From contig JAKUQR010000014.1 of the NCBI GenBank assembly GCA_022450155.1, positions 2,539 to 66,538 on the forward strand: a DNA stretch of 64,000 nt, written 5' to 3'. The notes under the pieces were generated by a model, which was given only the letters and a program-made list of their open reading frames with translations, was not told the DNA's origin and did not search any database. Made by a program: the position numbers and the translations under genes. This stretch comes from Gammaproteobacteria bacterium (GTDB taxonomy: Bacteria; Pseudomonadota; Gammaproteobacteria; Arenicellales; UBA868). Of this stretch, positions 28,336-38,660 are shown in pieces. How positions within the stretch are numbered: the first letter of the stretch is position 1; each line of letters opens with the position of its first letter.

Positions 28336-30636
28336 GTGAGCAATAAATCTTTATCCCTCGATGAACTGGTCAGAGCCAATAAGGACCAGTTTGATCGGAT
28401 ATTCAGTCACCAGATGCAGCAGACGAACCTTCAGAGCGGCTTCGAAGCGATACGCAGTGAAACCGGCGTAGCGGGAGAAACACGACCGGTCGTCGCATCG
28501 GCTTCTGACAGCAATATCGTCAACATTCTAAATCAGCAATATGGCGACGACTGGTCGCACGAACTGATCGAACACACCACAACCGGTAATGAACTACGGG
28601 TCGTTTGCAGACTGCAGGCCGGCGGAATAACTCAGACACAGAGCGGCACTGCCCAGGTCAGCGGCAATATTGGCATTGCCGTACAACGCGCTACGAACAA
28701 CGCTCTCGCGCAGTGTTACGCCCAAATCGACACCGCGAGCAGTAGCACCGCAAAGAAACAAGAGCCCCGATCTCCGGTCGGTGATGCCGCACCAGTGCGC
28801 GCGGCCGTTCCCACAGCCGCGATGCCTCTGCAGACAGGTCGTCGGGCCAGACCTGGCCAACCAATCGACGCCGTAACCCTGGATCTCATTGAAAACGCAC
28901 TGAGAAATGCACGACATGAAATGGATGCTGTTCTTTTTCGCTCGGCGATGTCGCCGGTGATACGCGAACAGCATGACGAATTTTCCATGATTACAGACCC
29001 AAAAGGTCGAATGATCGTGGGTCAATTCGGGTCGTACGTGGCAGAAATGCTGCGGGAAAATCGGTTCGACCTGGCGCCTGGCGATATTATCCTGCAGAGC
29101 GATCCCTACCAGTGCGGCGGTGCAGTCAGTCATATCAACGACTGGCTCGTCCTCATCCCGATCTTCCACAATGATACTTTGGTCGGCTTCAGTTCAATGT
29201 TTGGCCACATGATGGACGTCGGTGGCCCCGCTGCAGGCAGCATGCCGACCACCGCGCAATCTATTTTCGGCGAAGGTATACGCATTCCGCCAATCAAGAT
29301 CTATGACAGAGGTCAGCTGAATCAGGCCGCACTTGATCTTGTGCTGAACAATACCCGTACGCCTGACATGAACTACAGCGATCTGATGGCAATCATTGCG
29401 GGAAGTCGTACCGGTGAAAAGCGTGTGATCGAGATCTGTCAACGCTTCGGCACTGAAACATATTTCCAGGCTTGCGAGGAACTGCTATTGCGCACCAATC
29501 GGGCGATGCGCCAGCTGATTGTCCAGAACCTGTCGACTGAACCGAAATCGTTTGAGGACTACGTCGATGATGATGGGTGTGGGAATGGTCCATTTAAGCT
29601 CAAACTGACAGTCTGGCGCGAAGGTGAAGACGCCTACTTTGACTGGACCGGTACGTCGGATCAGGCACCCGGTCCAATCAATTTCTACCTGCACGAGGGG
29701 ATGTTCAAGATGTTCATTGGCGTTTACATGATCATGGCGTTCGATCCTCAAATCCTGCTTAACGACGGGTTCTATGACCTGATCCATGTCAAGATGCCCA
29801 AAGGATCGGTACTGCAGCCTGAGTTCCCGGCTGCCCTGGGATGCAGGACCCACGCCCTGGCGCGCCAGTTCGATGTCCTCGGTGGCGCGCTGAGCCATAA
29901 CGCACCGGAGATGGCGACCGCGGCCGGCTGCGGCTCGAGCCCGCATTTTCTATACTCTGGCGTCGCCAGCGACGGCGCTCCATTCCAGTTGATGGAGATC
30001 CTGTACGGCGGTATTCCCGGACGTCCGCTCGGAGACGGTATCGATGGGCACTCGTGGTGGCCTCTGTTTGAAAACATTCCCACAGAATACCTCGAGACCT
30101 ACTTCCCGCTTGTGATCGAAAGTTACACCAGCATCTGTGACTCTGGTGGTGCGGGGAAGCACCGGGGTGGCAATGGTGTGGAAAAAATATACCGTATTCT
30201 CGAGCCGGGCGAGATCTCAATCCACGATGACCGCCACCAAAGTCACCCCTGGGGGATTCTCGGTGGAAAACCGGGCGCCTGTTCAGCAAAATGGCTCGTA
30301 CAAGGCGATGGCGGCCGTAAGCCGCTACCCTCAAAGGTCGACCATGTCGGGGTTTACCCAGGTGATAAGATCATCTTCCAGACAGCAGGCGCCGGTGGCT
30401 GGGGTGACCCTTTAGAGCGAGATAGTGAGGCCGTCCAGAAAGATGTCGTCCGCCGACTCGTCACTATTGAAGTGGCACGGGAGGCCTACGGTGTCGTACT
30501 CGACCCTGCAACGCTACAGACCGAAACGAAGGAGACCGAGGCTTTACGCCAGAGAATCCGAAGCACACGAGGAGTGCCGACTGTCTTTGACTTCGGAAAG
30601 CAGGTTAAAGGAGAATTGGGATCAATGACGTCCTGA
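28336..30636 (+). CDS. hyuB: hydantoinase B family protein (HyuB), module 2, with an N-terminal ~140-aa HyuB-associated domain and a Pro/Ala-rich linker
   Basis: The HyuB core begins at ...PIDAVTLDLIENALRNARHEMDAVLF... It is preceded by ...NILNQQYGDDWSHELIEHTTTGNELRVVCRLQAGG...NNALAQC... and a linker. 766 aa against the usual ~570-630. Confidence 0.9.
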   Translation: MSNKSLSLDELVRANKDQFDRIFSHQMQQTNLQSGFEAIRSETGVAGETRPVVASASDSNIVNILNQQYGDDWSHELIEHTTTGNELRVVCRLQAGGITQTQSGTAQVSGNIGIAVQRATNNALAQCYAQIDTASSSTAKKQEPRSPVGDAAPVRAAVPTAAMPLQTGRRARPGQPIDAVTLDLIENALRNARHEMDAVLFRSAMSPVIREQHDEFSMITDPKGRMIVGQFGSYVAEMLRENRFDLAPGDIILQSDPYQCGGAVSHINDWLVLIPIFHNDTLVGFSSMFGHMMDVGGPAAGSMPTTAQSIFGEGIRIPPIKIYDRGQLNQAALDLVLNNTRTPDMNYSDLMAIIAGSRTGEKRVIEICQRFGTETYFQACEELLLRTNRAMRQLIVQNLSTEPKSFEDYVDDDGCGNGPFKLKLTVWREGEDAYFDWTGTSDQAPGPINFYLHEGMFKMFIGVYMIMAFDPQILLNDGFYDLIHVKMPKGSVLQPEFPAALGCRTHALARQFDVLGGALSHNAPEMATAAGCGSSPHFLYSGVASDGAPFQLMEILYGGIPGRPLGDGIDGHSWWPLFENIPTEYLETYFPLVIESYTSICDSGGAGKHRGGNGVEKIYRILEPGEISIHDDRHQSHPWGILGGKPGACSAKWLVQGDGGRKPLPSKVDHVGVYPGDKIIFQTAGAGGWGDPLERDSEAVQKDVVRRLVTIEVAREAYGVVLDPATLQTETKETEALRQRIRSTRGVPTVFDFGKQVKGELGSMTS

Positions 30637-30718
30637 CCCGAACAGCAGGTTAACAACCTACCAAGGCGTGAGAAATCAAGCGTAAAACATTAATGAATTC
30701 AAACCGGTAATACGACCC

Positions 30719-33283
30719 ATGACAATAGAAACATTCATTACTCTGGTGATCCTGGCCGTTATCGCGGTCGCGATCTTCTACATCATCTCGGTCTGGGTGT
30801 ACAAACGTGCCCCTGCAAACATGGGATTTATCCGCACAGGCTTTGGTGGCACCAAAGTCTGCTTTGGTCAAGGCGCTATGGTGTTTCCAGTATTCCACGA
30901 GATCACCTGGGTGTCGCTTGAGACCATAAAACTCATTGTCAGCCGTTCACGGGATCAAGCCATACTTACCGCCGACAAGATCCGCGTGGATGTGGTCGCC
31001 GAACTCTACACCCACGTTGGACATAGCGAGGATGACCTGCTGACTGCGAGCCGAAGCCTGGGAGAGAAAACCTTCGACGCCGACAATATCCGAAACCTGC
31101 TTGAAGCCAAGATTATCAGCGCCTTACGCAGCTATGCTGCCACGAAAACACTGACCGAGCTACATGAAAACCGGGATGTGTTTGCCAGGGACATCAAAGG
31201 CTACGTGCTGGAGAGCTTCAAGGTTAACGGACTTACTCTAGAAGAAGTCACCATCGTGACCATGGAACAAACAGGAAAAGAATACTTCAAGACCGACAAT
31301 GTGTTTGATGCAGAGGGTCTGAAAATCATCACCGCCATCACGTCCAAAGCCAAGCGGGAAATCCACGAGACGGAAAAGAAAGTAAGTGTGGCTATCCGCC
31401 AGAAAGAACTTGATACGCAACTCGAACTACTCGAAATTGAACGCCAGGAAGCGTTTGCACGGGCTAATCAGGACAAGGCCGTCTCCAATGAACAAGCGCT
31501 CCGGGTCGGTGAGAAACAACGTTATGTGCTTGAACAGAAAATAGCAGTCGAGGAAAAGGAGATTCATAACGAGCAGATACTCGAACAGCTGCGCACAGAG
31601 CGCGATATTGCCCTTATCGAGGAGGCCCGCAAACGTGAAGTGGCGGAAATCGATAAGACGCGTATCACGGAACAGGAACGTCGTGACCGGGAGATACACC
31701 TGATCGGAAAAGCCAAGCAGGAAGAACTGGCCAATATCCAGCGGAATTTAGACCTCGAAAAGGCAGAAAAAGACCGACAGATCGAACTGCACGAGAAAGC
31801 CAAGGAGGAAGAACTGGCACAGATTCAGCGTGACCGTGCGCTAAATAGCGCGCTCAAAGACAAGGAAATCCAGTCGATCTCTAACGAACGTGAACGAGAG
31901 CAGGCTGAGATACAGCGACAAACAGCCCTTGCAGCCGAGGAGGAAAAAGCACGAGAACAACGGAATCAAGCCGCCGAAGCCGCTGAAGTAGCCATTCAGA
32001 AACAGAAGCTTGAGAGCCGCCTGGCCCTGCTTGAAGTGGATAAAGACGATGCGTTCGCATCAGCAGCTCAGGAAAAGGCTGTTGCGGAAGAACAGGCTCG
32101 TGTCCTCACTGAAAAGCAGCTTTTTCTCCTGGAGCAGCGCTGGCAGGTCGAGAAGGAAGAGATCCAAAAGGAACTTTCTGTGGAACAGGCACAGATCGAC
32201 AAAGAATCTCAAGTACTGCTCGATTCTCAGAAGAAGGAAACTGCCGAGGTCCAGCGCTCACTGGCCCGCCAGCGAGAAGAACATGACCGTGAGATCGCCC
32301 TGGCCGCGAAACAGATGGAGCTAGAACAGGCTGAAGCCAAACGACTTGAGGCCACCGCAACAAGACAACGGGCCGAACACGAAGCCGAATCAGTTCGCCA
32401 CGTGGCTGATGCAGAACGTCAGCGAATCATCGACCTGATCGAAGCAGAGAACAATGCTCGAACACGTCGAGTTGAGGAAGAAAACAAAGCGCAGATTTCA
32501 AAAATGCACATGCTGGCCCAGGCCGAAGCCAGAAATGAGGCCGCTCAGCGGGAAGCCGATGCCACACTAACCCGGGCGCGAGCTTCGAGTGAAGCCCAGC
32601 AGATCAACGCTTTAGGCATAGAAAAAGAAGCAGCCGCAAAAGGACGCGCAGAAATGGAGGTCGAACAACTGCGAGTTCAAAATACCCAGCGTATGTTAGA
32701 AGCAGAGGCCAGCGGTATTGAAGCCAAAGCTGACGCATTAAAGAAATACAACGACGCTACCATGTTTCTCGAGTTATCTAAAATGCATATCGAAGCTGAA
32801 CGGCATGTGCGCAGCGACCAAGCCAAGGCCATGGGCAATGCCTTGCAGGGCGCTCAGATCCGCATGTACGGTGGTAGCGATGATGGCACCATCGACAGCA
32901 TCCGCAGCCTGTTCACCTCCGGCTTCGGCATCGGTGAGGCCCTTGAGGGTCTTGCTCAGTCAATGCCTGAGGGTTTGCGGCAGCGATTTGCAGAAAACGG
33001 TATCCGCGGGCTCTTCGGTGCCCCGAACGGCTCCGGACGTTTCCAGCACGCAGTGTCCGAAATTGGAGAACTACTGGCCCAGACACTAAAAACAAAGAAA
33101 AGCAGGGAGACTGCCGGCTTCAACGATGCCATGTCGCAACTCAAAGAGGCAGCCGGGTCCGACAAATCTAAAGCAGAGGCGGTTTCGTTGCTGTCCGATT
33201 TCAACCAGGCTGGTGTATTTGATGATGTACCGTTCGAGACCGTCTGGAGTTTGTTGTTGGCCACCTCAAAAAGCGTCGGCTAA
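30719..33283 (+). CDS. flotillin-like SPFH/band-7 protein with very long coiled-coil region (YqiK-like)
   Basis: N-terminal TM helix and an SPFH domain (GFIRTGFGG...). About 500 aa of E/A/R/Q-rich heptad coiled coil with internal repeats follow, then a conserved flotillin C-terminal region. 854 aa. Confidence 0.8.
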   Translation: MTIETFITLVILAVIAVAIFYIISVWVYKRAPANMGFIRTGFGGTKVCFGQGAMVFPVFHEITWVSLETIKLIVSRSRDQAILTADKIRVDVVAELYTHVGHSEDDLLTASRSLGEKTFDADNIRNLLEAKIISALRSYAATKTLTELHENRDVFARDIKGYVLESFKVNGLTLEEVTIVTMEQTGKEYFKTDNVFDAEGLKIITAITSKAKREIHETEKKVSVAIRQKELDTQLELLEIERQEAFARANQDKAVSNEQALRVGEKQRYVLEQKIAVEEKEIHNEQILEQLRTERDIALIEEARKREVAEIDKTRITEQERRDREIHLIGKAKQEELANIQRNLDLEKAEKDRQIELHEKAKEEELAQIQRDRALNSALKDKEIQSISNEREREQAEIQRQTALAAEEEKAREQRNQAAEAAEVAIQKQKLESRLALLEVDKDDAFASAAQEKAVAEEQARVLTEKQLFLLEQRWQVEKEEIQKELSVEQAQIDKESQVLLDSQKKETAEVQRSLARQREEHDREIALAAKQMELEQAEAKRLEATATRQRAEHEAESVRHVADAERQRIIDLIEAENNARTRRVEEENKAQISKMHMLAQAEARNEAAQREADATLTRARASSEAQQINALGIEKEAAAKGRAEMEVEQLRVQNTQRMLEAEASGIEAKADALKKYNDATMFLELSKMHIEAERHVRSDQAKAMGNALQGAQIRMYGGSDDGTIDSIRSLFTSGFGIGEALEGLAQSMPEGLRQRFAENGIRGLFGAPNGSGRFQHAVSEIGELLAQTLKTKKSRETAGFNDAMSQLKEAAGSDKSKAEAVSLLSDFNQAGVFDDVPFETVWSLLLATSKSVG

Positions 33284-33307
33284 CCCGCCGAGCGCGGTTA
33301 CGCCGTC

Positions 33308-34396
33308 ATGCCCGAGTACGACGTCGCCCTGACCGACGTCTGTAAGACTTTTCCCGGGGACACCCGGGCCGTGATCAATTTCACTGCTGAAATAGAGCAT
33401 GGTGAATTCGTGGCCCTGCTCGGCCCAAGCGGCTGCGGTAAGACAACAATCCTACGGATGATCGGCGGCATCGAAGAAGTCACCTCAGGCACGATTTATC
33501 TCTCTGGTACGGACGTTACGGATCTACCGCCGTCGCAGCGGGACACTGCAATGATGTTCCAGAGTTTCGCTTTATTTCCGCACCGTACCGTTTTCCAAAA
33601 CGTTGAATTTAGTCTCAAAATGCGAGGGCAATCCTCATCCGAAAGAGTAAAACCGGTCTGGGACATTCTCGACATGATCGGTATGTCCGACCTTGGGACC
33701 CGCTTTCCCCGCGATCTCAGTGGTGGACAACAACAGCGTGTTGCATTGGCAAGAGCGCTGATCAGTCGGCCTACCGTCTTGCTTCTTGATGAGCCGCTTG
33801 GATCGCTCGATTTCAGCCTGCGTCAGGCCATGATGGTAGAACTCAAAAAGATCCAGCAAAACTTCGGGATGACATTTGTAATGGTTACGCACTCACAACA
33901 GGAAGCGTTATCGATGGCCGACAAAGTCATCGTCATGAGTGATGCCGTAATCCAGCAGATCGGAACGTCTCGGGATGTTTATGAAAGACCTAAGACAAAA
34001 TTTGTCGCTGAGTTCATCGGTAACAACAATCTTTTTTCAGGGACGGTACGATCACGAAGTGGATCAGTTGTCATCCTACAGCGGGATGATCAATTGTTCT
34101 ATATCGCCGAGCATGGTTTTACTACCGACATAAGGATCGGCTCCGAAGGATTTTTTTCTGTCCGTGCCGATAAGATGAATACCAGTCAACATAAAGACAT
34201 GGCTAATCAGATCACCGGCAAATACATTGCAACCGAATATATTGGTTCACTTGAAACCGATGTATTCGAAGTTTCCAACAATCACTTCGTGCATGTGGAA
34301 CAACACAGGGATGCGGTCAGACGGAACTATTCTTTGGGTCAGCAAGTTGAGATCTTCTGGGCGGCCGGCGATGGGGTTCTTCTGACTAATATGTAG
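33308..34396 (+). CDS. ABC transporter ATP-binding protein (PotA/MalK-type with C-terminal TOBE domain)
   Basis: Walker A GPSGCGKTT, signature LSGGQQQRVALARAL, Walker B LLLDEP. Confidence 0.85.
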   Translation: MPEYDVALTDVCKTFPGDTRAVINFTAEIEHGEFVALLGPSGCGKTTILRMIGGIEEVTSGTIYLSGTDVTDLPPSQRDTAMMFQSFALFPHRTVFQNVEFSLKMRGQSSSERVKPVWDILDMIGMSDLGTRFPRDLSGGQQQRVALARALISRPTVLLLDEPLGSLDFSLRQAMMVELKKIQQNFGMTFVMVTHSQQEALSMADKVIVMSDAVIQQIGTSRDVYERPKTKFVAEFIGNNNLFSGTVRSRSGSVVILQRDDQLFYIAEHGFTTDIRIGSEGFFSVRADKMNTSQHKDMANQITGKYIATEYIGSLETDVFEVSNNHFVHVEQHRDAVRRNYSLGQQVEIFWAAGDGVLLTNM

Positions 34397-34484
34397 TTAA
34401 AAAGCACAATACTAGTTATCAATGTGCAGAGGATTGTTAGTACTTTTAGTAGCAAGTAGCAGTGCGGCTGGCCCAATAATTAAT

Positions 34485-35312
34485 TTAGTGGGTCCTGCGA
34501 TAAAGAATACTGTAAATCACCAAGAATAATCCGATCATCAGCAACGAAAATATGGTCGAGGCTGTACCTAACGCGAATAGGGTCGGGCGAATTCTCTGCG
34601 TCATTGAAGCATTGATATCCAACGGCAGCGTGTTGAACTCTCCAGCCAGCAATGTTGTTCTTGCAAATTCATCATAGGACAGGGTGAAGCCAAACAACCC
34701 GGCAGCAACTATTCCAGGAAGGATTATTGGGAAAGTGATCTCCTTAAATACCGTCCATTCATCGGCACCCATGTCACGAGCTGCTTCTTCCAGGCTGACA
34801 TCGAATCGATTGAACACAGCCATCATCACCAAGAACCCAAATGGCAGTGTCCATACAACATGAACACCAAGGCCTGAAGACCACCACGCTGCCGGTATGC
34901 CGACCTCTCGCAGTAAGGTCGCTAGGCCGAGACTTAAAAGAATACCTGGCACCATCAAGCCTGACATCACTGTATAGAAAAGAACATTAGATCCGAAAAA
35001 CCGTTTACGAAATGCCATTGCCAACATGGTCGAGAAAAGTGCTGTAATGACCATGACTATCAAAGCGAGAATTAGCGAACGCAATAATGCACCCTGCATA
35101 TCGCCCACTACTGATGGTTCGACCAATTTCTGCCACCAGTAGAAACTCGAACCTCTCATCGGAAAACTTGTACCACCACGTCGACCCTGAAATGACAATA
35201 TAAACATGGCTATCATCGGCCCATATATAAAAATCAAAAACAGTCCGTAATAACCACTGAAAAGTGTGGTGCCCAATGCCTGTTTTCGTTTTTGCTTGCT
35301 CCAGCGTGCCAT
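34485..35312 (-). CDS. ABC transporter permease (PotC-like)
   Basis: Six-TM permease with an EAA-like loop (ARDMGADEWTVFKEITFP). Confidence 0.85.
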   Translation of the reverse strand: MARWSKQKRKQALGTTLFSGYYGLFLIFIYGPMIAMFILSFQGRRGGTSFPMRGSSFYWWQKLVEPSVVGDMQGALLRSLILALIVMVITALFSTMLAMAFRKRFFGSNVLFYTVMSGLMVPGILLSLGLATLLREVGIPAAWWSSGLGVHVVWTLPFGFLVMMAVFNRFDVSLEEAARDMGADEWTVFKEITFPIILPGIVAAGLFGFTLSYDEFARTTLLAGEFNTLPLDINASMTQRIRPTLFALGTASTIFSLLMIGLFLVIYSILYRRTH

Positions 35313-35314
35313 GA

Positions 35315-36301
35315 TTACAATTCCTTTCGAATATTCACCAAGCGAAGAATAATTACTACGCCGAGCATCATTGCGAGCATCAACATAATTGCGTTTACAG
35401 CGGCAAAAGGGTAATTCGCTATCGCATAATAATTCAATATGACGGTACCTACAGTACTGGTCTTGCCACCAAAAACTACCACAGCTGTCGCAAATTCGCC
35501 CATAAGCATTACAAAAATAAAAATCATTCCGATGGCGACACCAGGAAGAGACAGCGGCAGAATGATCTCCCGGAATATTTGAAACGCCGTTGCACCCATA
35601 TCACGCGCAGCCTCGATAATATCTGTATCAATCTTAGCCAATGAAAAGAAGATGGGGCCAACAGACAAAACCACATAGAGCTGAGTCAAAGCAGTGGTGT
35701 AACCAAATTCCGAGTAAAGAAGAAAATCCACTGGTTTATCAACAAGGCCGAGAGAGAGTAATAATGAGTTGAGTAAACCTCGTCTGCCAAGCATTGGCAA
35801 CCAAGCAACCGCACGGATCAGATAGCTGGTCCAAAAAGGCACCATGCACACCATAAACAGTGCCATCTGCCACTTGAAACTAGTTACTCGCCGGGCGAGA
35901 AAGTAAGCAATTGGATAGCCAGTCAACAGGCACAGCACCATAACTTCCAAGGTATAAGCAAAGGTGCTACCCAGAGTGCGAATAAACACACTGAGTTTCA
36001 AAAAGTTTCGGTGTTCTGGATCAAAAAATCCCTCCGAAGAAAAATATTCACCATAATTTCCGATATTAAAACCAGGCTCTAGCCCATAACCCGTTGAAGT
36101 CCACAAACTGAAAACAAAAATACTGATAAGTGGTATCACCAAGAAAATCAATAACCAGAGAACACTCGGAGCGACCAACCATGACACTGGAAAACCTTCC
36201 ACACGCTGGCGACGTGAACTAGCATTTGGCAATGCCTGCTCGGTTGGCTCAGGTTGAACTCCAACTAGACCTGGGTGGTTTGATGAAGTTACCTGACCCA
36301 T
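35315..36301 (-). CDS. ABC transporter permease (PotB-like)
   Basis: Permease with EAARDMGAT...FREIILP loop. Separated by 3 nt from the downstream permease. Confidence 0.8.
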   Translation of the reverse strand: MGQVTSSNHPGLVGVQPEPTEQALPNASSRRQRVEGFPVSWLVAPSVLWLLIFLVIPLISIFVFSLWTSTGYGLEPGFNIGNYGEYFSSEGFFDPEHRNFLKLSVFIRTLGSTFAYTLEVMVLCLLTGYPIAYFLARRVTSFKWQMALFMVCMVPFWTSYLIRAVAWLPMLGRRGLLNSLLLSLGLVDKPVDFLLYSEFGYTTALTQLYVVLSVGPIFFSLAKIDTDIIEAARDMGATAFQIFREIILPLSLPGVAIGMIFIFVMLMGEFATAVVVFGGKTSTVGTVILNYYAIANYPFAAVNAIMLMLAMMLGVVIILRLVNIRKEL

Positions 36302-36442
36302 GACTCACCTAGCTCTACTTTCACGAGTAAATTGATCGACAATAGAAATGACACGGAAACAAGATGCTTAAACCTGTTCTTCATTATCTCTCTTAATCAT
36401 TCTGTGATACCACATTCCACATTATTTTGAAAAGTCCGGTAG

Positions 36443-36496
36443 AAAAAAAGCGGCGCCTCAACAGCCCAGCTGAACAGGCCAAATTGAGTCGCCGCT
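36443..36496 (-). terminator. Rho-independent terminator/attenuator between the substrate-binding protein gene and the permease genes
   Basis: On the minus strand a 13-bp imperfect GC-rich stem (AGCGGCGCCTCAA/TTGAGTCGCCGCT on the plus strand) is followed directly by TTTTTTT. It lies ~110 nt downstream of the SBP stop. Confidence 0.5.
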
Positions 36497-36602
36497 TGCA
36501 ATTTATCTCCGCTTGCGGACGTTAGTCGCGTGTCACCTCAAAATCAGTGCTACTGACTGTGTATAAATCACTTCAAGCGTTCATTGGTGCGGAGGAACAA
36601 CA

Positions 36603-37898
36603 TCAAGCGGTCAGGAATTCAGTCCAGCGCTTAACCAAATAGTCGTTCTCTTTCATCAACGAATTCCAGACACCGATGTTAGAAAAGCGGTCCAAGTAAG
36701 ACCCACCGTCGCGTACTTCCCCCTTTGGCACCAATGGATTACCAAACGGATCCATAAGCTCTTTCGCTGCCGCCTTACCCATGTACCAGTAGTCCCACTC
36801 TTCAGGCTCGAGGTACTTTTTAACATTCTCAGTTGGAGACATGTAGTATCCCTGACGGGCAACGAATGCCCCTGCCCATCCCTCCAGCCACCAATTGATG
36901 TACTCATAAGCTTGATCGAGCTTCTTGCCGGATACTTTGTTCGAGATCGAAAGCCCACCATGCCAACCTCGGTAACCTTCTTTGAGATCTGCATAGACAC
37001 AGGGGACACCTTCAGCACGGATCGCCGTCACCGCTGGCGACCACAAACTCTGAACAACAACTTCGCCCGATACCATGAGGTTGACTGACTGTCCAAACGT
37101 TTCCCAGAAGGCCCTAAAATGGCCTTCGCGTTTCTTCTCAATGAGAAAATCCATCAAAATATCGATTTCCCCGCGTGTCATATCACCTTTGTCTCCAAAC
37201 TTGACCAGACCTATGGCCTCCGCTCCCATCGCTGCATCCATCACTCCGATTTGCGGCACGTTCAGCAGTGCAACGCGACCCCGGAACTTCTCGTCAAAGA
37301 GCGATCCCCAGCTCTCCAGCTTTCCACCGGTCTCTTCCGGGTTGTAGCCCAGGGTGTCCGCATTGTGCCAAGTTGGAACAGCCGATACCCAGCGTGTCGG
37401 ACCCTCAACCAAGTCACCACTTTCGTTAAGCCACAACTTACGGAAAGGTGCATCACCGTCACCTTCCTTAGAATCAGGCGTCAACTTACCGGTCTTGCTC
37501 AGATCAGAGATCGAATCCCATTCTTTGACCCGCGTCGTATCTGTTGGATGCCAAACTTTTGCGGGAATAAACACGTCGAAGTCATTGTAGTAACCTTCAG
37601 CGATATCGTATTGATCGTTCTGGTTCAACATCTTCCCGAACATAGCGCCATAACCAAGCGCCTGACCACGAATCTCAAACCCCAGATCCTTCGACGCCTG
37701 ACTTTGAATCTCGTTGATGATGCTGACACCAAGTCCAATGGTGCGCAAAGGTTCATTTCCCGTTGATATGTACGGGAAACTGGCTGCCACGGTGCCCGCA
37801 GCCACAGCTTTTGCCGTCGTCCCCATAAACTGCCGGCGGGTTACTGCGGAACCGCTTTTAATTGCAGTCCGCTTTTTAATATTATCTACCATCTTCAC
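36603..37898 (-). CDS. ABC transporter periplasmic substrate-binding protein (PotD/PotF-like, family 1) with Tat-type signal
   Basis: N-terminal TRRQFMG twin-arginine motif followed by a hydrophobic h-region. 431 aa solute-binding fold. Confidence 0.85.
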   Translation of the reverse strand: MKMVDNIKKRTAIKSGSAVTRRQFMGTTAKAVAAGTVAASFPYISTGNEPLRTIGLGVSIINEIQSQASKDLGFEIRGQALGYGAMFGKMLNQNDQYDIAEGYYNDFDVFIPAKVWHPTDTTRVKEWDSISDLSKTGKLTPDSKEGDGDAPFRKLWLNESGDLVEGPTRWVSAVPTWHNADTLGYNPEETGGKLESWGSLFDEKFRGRVALLNVPQIGVMDAAMGAEAIGLVKFGDKGDMTRGEIDILMDFLIEKKREGHFRAFWETFGQSVNLMVSGEVVVQSLWSPAVTAIRAEGVPCVYADLKEGYRGWHGGLSISNKVSGKKLDQAYEYINWWLEGWAGAFVARQGYYMSPTENVKKYLEPEEWDYWYMGKAAAKELMDPFGNPLVPKGEVRDGGSYLDRFSNIGVWNSLMKENDYLVKRWTEFLTA

Positions 37899-38029
37899 TG
37901 TCCTCCATAGTTTACTGCGTTGAGTCTGTTACATCGGCAATCAGAACTCTGTTCCGTACCGACACCCCCATCCTGCCGTCTATCCTACATCTCTTTACAT
38001 CCATTCTGCCCAGCCTGCCCCGGTACTGA

Positions 38030-38497
38030 TCAGGCGTGAGCCGGTCGTATCAACTTCAACAACCAGAAAATAACACAGAAAATGCCCGTTATGGTCACCA
38101 AGGCAATGGTTGCGGCAATTCTTTTGCCAAAATTTGAATCGAACGCGTAGCCGTTCTGGAGTAAATACACGCACAAGTTTTGAACAGCCTGCAGAGTTGC
38201 TCCGCCACTCAGCAAAATAACGATAAATGTTGAACCACGAAGAGAAGTTAAAACCATTGATTCAACACTGCGCTGCTGAACGATATGAACTTTGTAAGCA
38301 TGCCAGTGGAACGTGCAAAACCCGATGATGCCGATGATGAGGGCAACCCAGAATATCGCATTACTGTAACTGACCCCGGTTAACACCAAGGTGAACAGAT
38401 CTTCAAACGGCTGGAAGAAATACAAAAAAATCAATACCAGTATGAGCAGGAGAAATCCTACTAACGTCCAGAACCACTGCCATCCTGCCATCGCCAC
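38030..38497 (-). CDS. four-helix integral membrane protein, paralogue of 25428..25940
   Basis: Same topology and the same conserved motifs as 25428..25940. Last gene of the module-3 operon. Confidence 0.65.
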   Translation of the reverse strand: MAMAGWQWFWTLVGFLLLILVLIFLYFFQPFEDLFTLVLTGVSYSNAIFWVALIIGIIGFCTFHWHAYKVHIVQQRSVESMVLTSLRGSTFIVILLSGGATLQAVQNLCVYLLQNGYAFDSNFGKRIAATIALVTITGIFCVIFWLLKLIRPAHA

Positions 38498-38660
38498 CTC
38501 ACCTGCACGTCTAACTCAGTCTAAAGCCTCAGCCTTACCTGAGACCTGCTCTATTCTTGATTCCCCCCACAATTATTTCCCCGCGAGGGCCTTAGTAATC
38601 TGACTCAAATTGGACCCGATTACAAGCGACAGGGCAGTGCTTTGCCGGCATCGCCATCCC

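Noticed and set aside
31690-31835. Tandem nucleotide repeat inside the flotillin gene
   Set aside because: It is an in-frame duplication of a coiled-coil heptad block (~75% nucleotide identity) within a CDS. I report it under the flotillin finding rather than as a separate repeat element.
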